From contig NC_083291.1 of assembly GCF_963506605.1 (NCBI RefSeq), positions 33,294,001 to 33,358,000 of the forward strand: DNA of 64,000 bases, given 5' to 3'. How positions within the stretch are numbered: the first letter of the stretch is position 1; every line of letters begins with the position of its first letter. The position numbers and the translations under genes were made by a program. A model generated the notes under the pieces. It saw only the letters and a list, made by a program, of their open reading frames with translations, searched no databases and was not told where the DNA came from. This DNA comes from Zootoca vivipara. Taxonomy: Eukaryota. Positions 23,354 through 33,674 of the stretch are shown here, piece after piece.

Positions 23354-23856
23354 GAATACTGGAAGAAGCAAAGATCACCAGTGTTGAAGCAATGATACTT
23401 CAACATCAACTTCGTTGGACTGGTCATGTTGTGCGGATGCCTGATGATTGTCTGCCAAAGCAACTATTCTATTCTGAACTTAAAAATGGAAAGCATAATG
23501 CTGGTGGTCAACAAAAGAGGTTTAAAGACTGTCTCAAGGCAAATCTTTAAAAAAATGTAGTATAAACACTGACAACTGGGAAACACTGGCCTGCGAGCGC
23601 TCCAGTTAGAGAACAGCCTTTACCAAAGGTGTCATGGGCTTTGAAGACACTCGATCTCAGGACGCAAGGGAGAAACATCCCAAGAGAAAGGCACACTTGG
23701 TAAATCCACACCGTGATCAACTCCCACCTGGAAATGAATGTCCCCACTGTGGAAGGATGTGTGGATCCAGAATTGGCCTCCACAGTCATTTATGGACCCA
23801 TTGTTAAAACGAAGACAATCTTACTCGGCTACGAGTGATCGCCAAAGAAGAAGAAA
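23354..23856 (+). mobile_element. RTE-clade LINE 3' fragment (not BovB)
   Basis: ILEEAKITSVEAMILQHQLRWTGHVVRMPDDCLPKQLFYSEL..GGQQKRFKDCLK and a terminal CPHCGRMCGSRIGLHSHLWTH zinc-finger motif; (GAA)n tail. Confidence 0.88.
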
Positions 23857-24009
23857 GAAAGGTATATTACAATTTAAATACAAATTCTGGGCAGCTTAAA
23901 AAAATAGTTTTGCAGATCAATGAGAAAATGGAAAGAAAAGGTCTTATGAAGAGACACATGTGATAATGACGCTTATCAGAAATAGGATGATTGCCCAGCC
24001 TTTGGAGGC

Positions 24010-24720
24010 ATAGATGAGAAAGTGTTACCTAAGACATTCAAGGCCTGGATCATTTGGGACATTAAACCAGGACACTGAATCGTGCTGGCAAGGTACCGGT
24101 AACCAATGCCATTCTTTAAAGATAATTGTAACGTGGGTGGCCTTTGAAACAAACGCTGCTCAACAGCTAGACACTGTATTCTGCACCTGTTGCAGTTTCT
24201 GAACACTCTTCAAAAACAATCAACCTTCAAGGACTATCTGCAACTGAGGTTACCTAAGTGTCGATCACAGCAGCCAGGTCTCTGGCCCCTAGGAAAAAGC
24301 ACAATTGTGCACCAGGCAACATTGGGAAGAGGCCATTTCCCCAACCAGAAACATATAGCAGCTCTAGGAGCCCCCACAACATACCTGGTGAATCTTTTCC
24401 TTCAGGGGGGGTGAACCCCTGTTCAAAGTAGGATAAGCACCCATATCCAGGTCAATCAACCTGCCAATCACCACCACCTCAGTTTTATCTGGGCCTTATC
24501 AACAGCCCATATGCAGAAAGCCATAGAAAGACTATGTCTGCCTCACCAGAAAGATGTAACTGAGTATCACCAAAACCCAATATGAAATCTCCCAGCAGCT
24601 TCATTTAGATTTTGCACAATACAGGCAACAGGAACCAACGCCCTGCACACATCAGATATACACTGATATAGTCTGAAATCAAAGTGACTAACTTGGAAAC
24701 AGCTCTTGGGCGCCTGGTAG
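24010..24720 (-). mobile_element. Ancient L2 fragment (boundaries approximate)
   Basis: Minus strand gives degenerate PDKTEVVVIG, KSVQKLQQVQNT and FKEWHWLPV motifs. Confidence 0.65.
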
Positions 24721-24769
24721 AGAGTTCAATAAAAGCATCAATTCAGTGTGCAGCAGGTACGGGCTGAAA

Positions 24770-25345
24770 AGCCAATTCCATGTTAGGAATACTTAGGGAA
24801 AGGACAGAAAACAAAACTGCCAGCACTGTGCTGCCTTTCATATACCAATCTATGGTGCGATCACACTTGGAATACCGTGTACAGTTCTAGGTGCCACATC
24901 TCAAAACTGATACAGAAAAGAGAAACCAAATTGATTGGGGTGGGTGGGTAATGGAGCACTTTCACGCTTTTTAGTGGGGTGTGTGTGTGTGTGTGTAGGA
25001 TGACAAAGGGGAAAATACAATAGAAATGTACAAAATTAGGCACGTTGAAGAGAAAGCGGAAAGAGAGCTGACCATGTAGTAGAATGAAGTGACCTGCTTC
25101 AGGTGGCAAATAGATGGGGGGCAGGAATGCTGCAGCAAGCTTTATTCATTTATATGTGCTTGGAGCAGCTGGGACACAGGGCCTCGCTTCAGGCAGCAAA
25201 ATGCCCTGGGCTGCCACTCATAGAATTTCTCCTCCTCCTCCTCCTAATGTTAGAACTTGGGATCATCCAATGAAACTGATTAGCAGTGAATTAGAAACAG
25301 ACAAAAAGAAATATTTCTTTGCCCAAAAGATAATTAATTCCTGAA
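24770..25345 (+). mobile_element. Old CR1 fragment(s), with a probable small insertion at about 25075-25220
   Basis: gccaattccatgttaggaat...atctatggtgcgatcacacttggaataccgtgtacagttct (ANSMLG..SMVRSHLEYRVQF); gacaaaaagaaatatttcttt. Confidence 0.7.
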
Positions 25346-26601
25346 AAAGAAGGCCTGCTGCTACCAAAGATTTGCCTGGTTAGTTCAAATCGATACATGA
25401 AGCTCAGTTCTTCGCCCTCCTTACAAACAGCCTCCACATTTCACTTCCTTACCTGCTTTCTTCCTCTCAGCAGCAGAGAGGCCTACCTGTTTCCCCTAGC
25501 TCGCTGTGTCAGACTTTCGCCTTTGCTCCTTCCTTCCTAGCTCCATGTCCTGGCCTCCCCTCGATCCCTCTCTGCTTCCCAGTCCACTCTCTACTCTCTG
25601 CCCATTCTGTTAGTTCTCTATGGTGCCTCTGTGTGGCCTGCCTCTTAGGCTCTACTGCCTCCCAGGCATCTTCTGACTCAGTCTCCACACTGTCTCAAAA
25701 AGCAAAGCAAAACTGGCTTCTCTTCCTAATCTTACTTCTCAAACTGGTTAGAGTAATCCATTAAATTGAAAGGATATTGCTCTTTGGTGGTGTTCCACAT
25801 AACCCTAACTTCCACTATTCAGAAACAAAGAACACTTTGTGTTCGTTTTATGTGGTAACCCAGTCCGAATCCTTATGGCATGGCTTTGTGGCAGAGGTCT
25901 GTCGCACCCCCTAGTGCAGAAGAGACAGTGTGCAAAGGAGGAAGAGGAGCAGAAGGGTCCTGGTCTCTCCGTGAACGTATGAAATTCACTCACACACCAC
26001 GCCAATCTGGAAAAATAAACCCCTCAATATGGCTGTGTGCTGTGACCTATCTATGCCCGGACATTTCAGTGATTTCAGTAAATTTCAGGCACGTGGCAAC
26101 CCTACCTTAGGTAGCTTCCTACACTGGTGGAAATATTCAAAGCACAATGCAAGCAGAACCACAACGGAATTCAAATAACCATCAAATGTGCTAAATTTGA
26201 GCAGTCGGAATCTGGAGACAATGTTCTCACTGATTCTGTGGGCTTTCCAGGCAAAGCCTTAATGGGCGATAAGCTGAAAGCAACAAATGAATAAACCAAA
26301 CTGAGCAGCTGAAGTAGCAGCGAAGCAACCAAATAAAGCGAAAGAAACAATGAAATGCAAATTCTCATGCAGGGATTGTGTCACAGGTCAGTCCTTTTGA
26401 CAACTATATTTATTATTATTTCAGGTCACACACCCAGCGAGTTCTACCGTATAGATAGAAGAGATTCCACAGCTCCTAAATACCCACCGCCTTTGCCACT
26501 TCCATTAAGGAGAAAAAGATTTACAAACTCGCTACAGCCATAAAGGCAACCCTTTTGACAACCCTCACTTCACGGCAAGTGAAACTATCTGGAGACAAAG
26601 T

Positions 26602-26851
26602 CAGTAGCATAGGAAGATGGGGCGGTGGGGGCGCGCCACCCCAGGCAGCGCGATCCCAGGGGCGCCATCGCGGCTGCCCACCCCTGCCCGCACTGGGCAC
26701 CCCACCCCCAAAACCCGCACCCTGCCCCTGTGCGCTGGGTGCTCCGCCCCCAAGACGTGTGCCCTGCCCCTGCGCGCGCTGCGCCACGTTCCCGGGGGGC
26801 AATGCGCCTGCTCTCCACCCCCGGTGGTGGAGCATGAAGCTCCAGCCACTG
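26602..26851. mobile_element. GC/CpG-rich hAT-type MITE (CAGTRG ends)
   Basis: Ends cagtagcatag / ctccagccactg; 8-bp TSD gacaaagt / gacgaagt; internal repeated ccctgcccctgYgcgc. Confidence 0.8.
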
Positions 26852-27097
26852 GACGAAGTGCATAAGAACTGCCAGACTTCCTCAGACCTGGAGTTATTTT
26901 GCACAATTCTATTTTATTTGAAAAAAAAATTATTGAAATTCACAGAACCATTGAATATGAAATATTATTATTATTTTATTAATTTTCTCAAACTGGTTAG
27001 AGTAATCCATTCTCCTTGAAAGGATACTGCTCTTCAGCGGTGTTCGACAGAAACTGTTTTATTGCAACTGCTACACAACAGATTTGGGAAACCTATA

Positions 27098-27565
27098 CAG
27101 TCATACCTCGGTTTAAGTACGTTTCGGTTTGAGTGCTTTCAGTTTAAGTACTCTGCGGACCCGTCTGGAACGGATTAATCCACTTTCCATTACTTTCAAT
27201 GGGAAAGTTCGCTTCAGGTTAAGTATGCTTCAGATTAAGTATGGACTTTCAGAACCAATTACACTCATACTTCGGGTTAAGTACGCTTCAGGTTGAGTAC
27301 TCCGCGGACCCGTCTGGGACAGATTAATCCACTTTCCATTACTTTCAGTGGGAAAGTTCGCTTCAGGTTAAGTACGGACTTCCAGAACCAATTACTCATA
27401 CTTCGGGTTAAGTACGCTTCAGGTTGAGTACTCCGCGGACCCGCCTGGAACGGATTAATCCACTTTCCATTACTTTCAGTGGGAAAGTTCGCTTCAGGTT
27501 AAGTACGCTTCAGGTTAAGTACGGACTTCCAGAACCAATTGTGTACTTAAACCGAGGTACCACTG
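27098..27565. mobile_element. Tc1/mariner (Tigger/pogo-like) MITE with an internal tandem array
   Basis: TIRs cagtcatacctcggtttaagtac / gtacttaaaccgaggtaccactg; TA TSD; three internal units of about 130-150 bp. Confidence 0.9.
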
Positions 27566-28270
27566 TATGTTAAACCACAACTCCCATCATCCCTGACCAC
27601 TGGCCATGCTGGCTAAGACTGAAGAGAACCGGAGTTGGACAACATGGAAAGCTGCAGGTTCCCCTTCCCTGCTGCTCAAGACACGTGCAGCACATCCGTA
27701 AGTTTCAGAAGAACTCTCGGAGCATCCCTAATGCAGCAAAGGAGGTATATAAACATTATGTGGATCACGAATAATAACCTAGACTGATGAGGCAACGCAT
27801 CTGGCTAGCAGCCAAGCACATACTCTCAGGGCAATCTAGTTGCAGGTTAGATCACCAGCATCTAGTCCAAATTAATCCTATTATCAATGAACTGTGACTC
27901 CTATGAGCCCTTCATATATCCAGCACAGTACAGTCCCTTCTGAAGCGTAATGCTAATCCACTGTGGGATATAATCCACCTCACCTGTTTCTACCTCCCAT
28001 CAAAGTCCCGCGTCGTGATGAGTAGCTAGAGTACAGCCAGTTCCCATATGTGCAAACACCACTGTCAGTATATTGTGAATTTGGAAAACTGATAAATGTT
28101 TGTGTTTACAAAAGGGGGAATTATGCAATTTAAAAAGATAATCCAAGATATATCTATAATGTTCCACACAATGTTATACCCAAATTTACTACTCACAGAA
28201 ACAAAGGAAGAATAGACTTTAAACTGTATCTATTTCCTGACTTTACATCATCATTAATGATTTTCCAGCA

Positions 28271-28579
28271 CAGGGCCGGCTCATCGTAGACCCCCGGTGG
28301 CGCAGGGCACCATGGTGCCGGCCCGCCAGGAGGGTGCTGCGAGCTGCGCCCGCCCGCTGGCCGGCCAGCCGGTCCGCTGCGCAGCTGCGCGCGGCGCCCA
28401 CCTGCCCACCACGCTGGGAAACGGGGCGGGAGGGCGCCGGAGAGATCGCGCTGTGTCTGCCCGCCCGCCCGCCGCGCAGCAGCGCCGCGCCCACCCGCCC
28501 ACCACGTTGGGAAACAGGGTGGAAGGGCGCCGGAGAGATCCGGCGCACCATGGCGACAGGGGCGCTTAAGACGGCGCTG
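28271..28579. mobile_element. GC/CpG-rich hAT-type MITE
   Basis: Ends CAGGGCCGGCTC / CTTAAGACGGCGCTG; perfect 8-bp TSD ttccagca (28263-28270 / 28580-28587); internal direct duplication of about 55 bp. Confidence 0.9.
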
Positions 28580-28989
28580 TTCCAGCATATCCTTCTCAAC
28601 CCGATCCCTACTTTCCACAGCCCCATTCTTATATGGCTTCCCCATTAAAGCAGTTAATTTTACTAATTCCAAGGGTCTCCAGGTTTTTTCTCAAGGGCTC
28701 CTCCTACATGCTTACGCTTCTGTGATGAACTATCCCTTCCTCTTGCATTTGTCTTGTCTCATTTCCCTTCCCCACTTGGATAGATGTCCGATGTAGCTCA
28801 AAGACTGGAGGAATATTCAGCAAATATTATAATAACAGCCAGAGAATAGCTAGTAAGCACTTGACAGAAAAAGTTGCAGCGGAGAATCTCGAGACGCAAA
28901 TGTGTTTCAGCTCTATATCATAATAATACAGGGCTCACACTTTTGGGGCTATTCTGGATAGCAGCCATCCATAGCATAGGCCTCTTCAC

Positions 28990-29570
28990 CACTGTGCCAA
29001 TCTGCAACACGTCATATACAAGGCTGCCTCTGAAGGCGGTTCGCAAACTTCAGCTGGTGCAGAATTCGGCAGCCAGGTTGCTCCCTGGGGCAAAGACGGT
29101 TTGAGCATATTACACCAAACCTGGCGCGACTGCACTGGCTGCCAATTCGTGTCTGGGCCCAATTCAAAATGCTGCTTTTGAACTATAAAGCCTTAAATGG
29201 CTCAGGGCTGCAATACCTCAAGGACTGTCTCTTTCCATATGAACCTACCCGGAACCCGAGATCATCTTCTGAGGCCATTCTTTGTGTGCCTCCTTCATGA
29301 GAGGTGGCAACACGAGAACGGGCCTTTTCTGCAGTGGCTCCCTGTTTGTGGAATGCTCTCCTCGGGGCCTCTTCATTACATATCTTAGACACAAGGCAAA
29401 AATGTTTCTCCATAACCAGGCCTTTAACCAATTAACATTCAACAGCCTTTAAAATGTGTTTGTGGGAGAGGAGTTGTTGGTTTTGTTTTGCGCTCACATT
29501 TGGTAGTCTTAGGCTGTGAACTGTGACCTTTGGATGAAGGATGGTATACAAATTTAATAAATAAATAGTA
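28990..29570 (+). mobile_element. L2 LINE 3' fragment
   Basis: LPLKAVRKLQLVQNSAARLL..LHWLP..AQFKMLLLNYKALNGSG; AATAA-rich tail. Confidence 0.85.
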
Positions 29571-31081
29571 ATAATAAATCCTATTTTCAGTGCAAAACCA
29601 GAAACTGATCCAAATGCTAATAGGAACATTTGAGATTTATCTTTCTTCTTCTTCTTTGCTTGACTGGTTCCAGACTCTAGACACGTGATAATCCAGAAAA
29701 AGCCAAATTAATTGACCCAATCTGATTGAAACATGATCGTGATGGAAGACAGCATCCCCACCCTAGCTTATCTTGGCTGTTGCCACCAAAAAGAAAGAAT
29801 GTTTCATTCTGGGGGAAAAAGAATGTTTCATTCTGGAAAATGTTTGGGATGAGACATTATGGGTCTAGAGAGAAACAGAGTTACACATTTGTCGCCTGCC
29901 TGCAGCAAACTTTCTATTCTCTGGACATTGTGGCATCCCACAAAGGGCGTCCTTGCATTTTGTCAAGGAACATCTGAAGGTGCAACTCTGACACTGAGCA
30001 TGATAAAAGTTTGCATTTTGTCCAAGATCTCATGGCAGCCGTGGAGTCACATTAAAACTAGATTCTCCGCCCCATAAAGCAGTGTGTGGGGTGGGCTGGC
30101 GGCTCATAAAGCCCACATCTACTACTCAGCGTTTGAAATTTGCCAAGTGCGTTTTGCACCTGGCTATTGCCCACTTGCGACCAAGTGAAGATGCCCGGGC
30201 ACCAGGATGGCGCCTGACGTCTCCACCATCCGGAGGTGCATGCTTGAAGATCCTTGGACCTTGACTGTTTTCACACACTAGCAACACATCCCGTAGAATT
30301 CCATCCGTTCTATTTTATTTGCACAATCAGAATGAATTTCGGGAATGTATTGAATACAGGAATGTATCGGAATGTATCAAAAACTGCGACTTTATTTTTT
30401 ATGTCCTCCTCCACAGTCTGAAATTCAATTGTGCCACATCCTGAGCACATATACCTTCCCCCCCCCACACACTTTGACACCACCTGTCAGGAAAATAGTG
30501 ATGGGGTGACGCAACAGATCCCTCTGTGTGACGCAAAAAGCGGACACCGCAGGGCTGGTGATATTCTGCTGAAAAGAGGGGGGAGAAAAACTCCATCTCC
30601 CGGCACACACATACGTGGACGCCTCTTGCATTATGGAATGCATCACTGCTGTTTCAAATGTTAAAAGACAGCATCAATTCACAAGTTTATAGTATATCAC
30701 TTGGCACCAAAAGAGGATTGTGTGCCTGCCAGACTCTATACGGGAGTGAAAAGGGAACCTGGAATCAGACTCATCCCACGGCCAACATATGGAAAATATT
30801 TCAGCCCTCCTCTCTCCCTCTGCACCCCTTTCCAAATATATATATGTTGAAAAAGAAAAAGAAAGAAGGCTTTTACGTGCAAGACAGAGGAAGTGGGGGA
30901 ATAATCCCAGGATATGGTGTGGAATGGCCAGACAAAGAAAGCCTAGCCAGTTTTTGCAAATGGACCTCCTCCAGTGGCTTAATGGAAGGTTGAGGCCTAC
31001 TGCTGTCAGACTAAGGGCAAAAGTCTGAGTGAAACCACCAGGATAAGAACCCAGCTGCACACTCAGAAGCCAGCCCAAAGG

Positions 31082-31428
31082 CATACTCCCCAACATTTCT
31101 CCAATGAAAATAGGGACGTCCCATTCCATAATGATAATTTTACTATTTATGCACAATACATATTATGGGGTTGCCCCAGCCACTCTGAGCAGCTTCCAAC
31201 ATATATAAAAACATAGGAAAACATTAAACATTTTTTTAAAAAAAAACCTCCCCTATATATATAGGATTGCCTTCAGATGGCTGGATTACTCCATACCCTC
31301 CAACATTCATCCAATGAAATTAGAGATGTCCTAAGGACAAGCGGGACATTCCAGGATCAAATCAGAAACCGGGACGGCTTCTCTAAATCAGGGACGCCCC
31401 TGGAAAATAGGGACACTGGGAGGGTCTG
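31082..31428. mobile_element. Composite MITE (CATAC../..GGGTCTG ends) containing an L2 3'-end fragment and a duplicated left end
   Basis: Left end occurs twice (31082 and 31292); L2 tail piece ccccagccactctgagcagcttccaac between them; repeated GGGAC subterminal motifs; 6-bp flanking repeat caaagg. Confidence 0.65.
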
Positions 31429-32365
31429 CAAAGGGTGGGAACCAGCTGAACCACACAAGCAGACCTGGTGGCACAGAATGTGAGAGAGATGCATCCAGGG
31501 GAATGGGAGACATTAATGAGACTTGCTGTTCTAGAAAGTTGCATCCTTTATCTAATGGCTGGTGTTTCAGATTGCAAAGGGCAGGCAATAGGTGCAACAA
31601 AATGTATTGGGACACCTCTGTGTCGGAGAGTGAAGAGATGGGGCACCCCCAGGACTATTTCCGTGGATGGGATTCAGCCCCGTGTCAACAAATTCGCATT
31701 TGGGGCTCTCGCACAGCAAGCCATCTTCTCAAAACAGCAAAGAAAAAAAATCTGAAAAAGGGACTTGATGGGGAATTGATGCACTAGAAAGTGTGGCGTG
31801 ACAACTTCTTGATGTTACGTCATATAACCTCCCCACCATCATGTCATCTCCTAACCAATATCAATAAATGGTGGACATCAAACAACCACCCCAAAAACCC
31901 TGCACAAATACATTAGAATGAATCCTCAATAAACTAATCATCTGGAAGTGACTACAGTATTCATTACTATCCCTGAGTATGAGTGAAAGATAAGCAAGCA
32001 GGTGGTCCATGGGTGGGGAGTGGGCTAGGGAGCTCCCTTGTGTTGTACCATTTGCCATAAACACTGCATACTCCAGAAGGTAGAGGAGATCAGGGGTGGG
32101 TAGTGGGGTGCAGAGTTTTGGTTACATTGTGATGGGTTCCTGGCTTATGGTCACAGGTTAGCTGGACAGCCATGAGTTATTTCTAAGGGACCTTCAGATT
32201 TTTATTTTTCAGGCATCCTGCTGTTCAGTGCCTGTTTTGCTTTCAAAATTTAGAAATGTAAATTTCTAAAAGCATCCACAACTTTTCATCATTCTTTTTT
32301 ATCCATTACTACTGCTACTAGAAGGGATGCGGGTAGCGCTGTGGGTTAAACCACAGAGCCTAGGG

Positions 32366-32501
32366 CAGGCATCCCCAAACTTTGGCCCTCCAGATGTTTT
32401 GGACTACAATTCCCATCATCCCTGACCACTGGCCCTCTTAGCTAGGGATCATGGGAGTTGTAGGCCAAAACATCTGGAGGGCCGCAGTTTGGGGATGCCT
32501 A
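32366..32501. mobile_element. 136-bp hairpin hAT MITE (same family as 3653-3788, opposite orientation)
   Basis: Same TIRs; TSD gcctaggg / ccctaggg. Confidence 0.9.
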
Positions 32502-32722
32502 CCCTAGGGCTTGCCGATCAGAAGGTCGGCGGTTTGAATCCTTGCGACGGGGTGAGCTCTTGTTGTTCGGTCCCTGCGCCTGCCAACCAAGCAGTCTGAA
32601 AGCACCTCAAAGTGCAAGTAGATAAATAGGTACCGCTCCAGCGGGAAGGTAAACAGCGTTTCCATGCGCTGTTCTGGTTTGCCAGAAGCAGCTTTGTCAT
32701 GCTGGCCACATGACCTGGAAGC

Positions 32723-32857
32723 CAGGGCAGTCTCGAGCAGGTCGGGTGCCCTGGCGCTGAGGGGCAGAGATCGCTCTGGCTCCCCCGCCCTCGCAGGGCG
32801 CAGCATGGCTTCCACGCGGCTTCGCCGTGCAGCACCCCGCCTACCGGCCTGGCCCTG
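32723..32857. mobile_element. GC/CpG-rich hAT MITE (same subfamily as 1681-1843)
   Basis: Ends CAGGGCAGTCT / GGCCTGGCCCTG; TSD ctggaagc / ccagaagc. Confidence 0.88.
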
Positions 32858-33044
32858 CCAGAAGCTGTACACCAGTTCCCTCGGCCAGTAAAGTGAGATG
32901 AGCGCCGCAACCTCAGAGTCATCCGCAACTGGACCTAACGGTCAGGGGTCCCTTTACCTTTACTGCTACTAGAGTGCAAGGGTGGTACCATCAAAATGAA
33001 GTAGATGGTCCAGGGCAGCTTTATATCTGGTGAGTGATTTTCAG

Positions 33045-33231
33045 CGTGCCTGTCCAAAAGCTTTATAACCTTGGCGTAGCCCCCCTAAAAAAGCTCAACA
33101 ACTTTGACCTTTGCCCTGGTCCCCTAAAAAAAGGTCAACAACTTAGAACTCCCCCATCCCAAAATGGGTAGATCACTGCCATTTTTTTTCCTGGGAGTAG
33201 ATCACAGTCTCTTGGGAGTTGGATGTCCGTG
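33045..33231. mobile_element. Partial hAT element related to 56351-56732 (reverse orientation)
   Basis: aaaaagctcaacaactttgacc and gagtagatcacagtctcttgg are reverse complements of motifs in the 56351 element. Confidence 0.7.
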
Positions 33232-33517
33232 TGCATCGTTCAGACTAAAGAGCAAGGGTGGACTCTGAGCATTCATAGGGCAAGAGGAAAACATCATTGG
33301 TTCCTTGTGTCACCCGACACACTCCTGAGGCTCTCAGACACCAGGACTCAATCCCTCCTTCTGACTCAGCAGCAGTGCCTGAGAGCAATGGATGCCAGGC
33401 TTAAGACACACTACTTTGTTTGGCCAACTATCCCAAAGCCACTTGCACCAAGGACTAGGTTCTGACGGCCAGGATCCCTGATCTGAGACGAAGGATGAGA
33501 CAAACTGTCAGAAAAAA

Positions 33518-33615
33518 CAGTAAGCTATGGAACTCACTCCCAGAGGAGGTAGTGATTGCCACCAACTTGGATGGTTTTAAGAGAGGGTTAAATGATTTCA
33601 TGGAGGAAAAGGCTT
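33518..33615 (+). mobile_element. Short CR1 3'-proximal fragment
   Basis: KLWNSLPEEVVIATNLDGFKRGLNDFME. Confidence 0.75.
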
Positions 33616-33674
33616 TTATCTGCCCTGGATCTCATGTCAACAAGTTATATAGCATTAAGGAAGGTGGGACTTTT

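Larger units (their letters stand above)
32323..32960 (+). mobile_element. Full-length Sauria SINE carrying two MITE insertions
   Basis: 13-bp TSD tactgctactaga (32310-32322 / 32961-32973); SINE sequence is collinear once 32366-32501 and 32723-32857 are removed. Confidence 0.92.

Noticed and set aside
27098-27565. Regularly spaced repeats resembling a CRISPR array
   Set aside because: The 'spacers' are themselves repeated, the block has TIRs and a TA TSD, and the DNA is eukaryotic.
28193-28672. 159-aa ORF spanning the MITE
   Set aside because: The length comes from the stop-poor GC-rich MITE; no recognisable protein with or without it.
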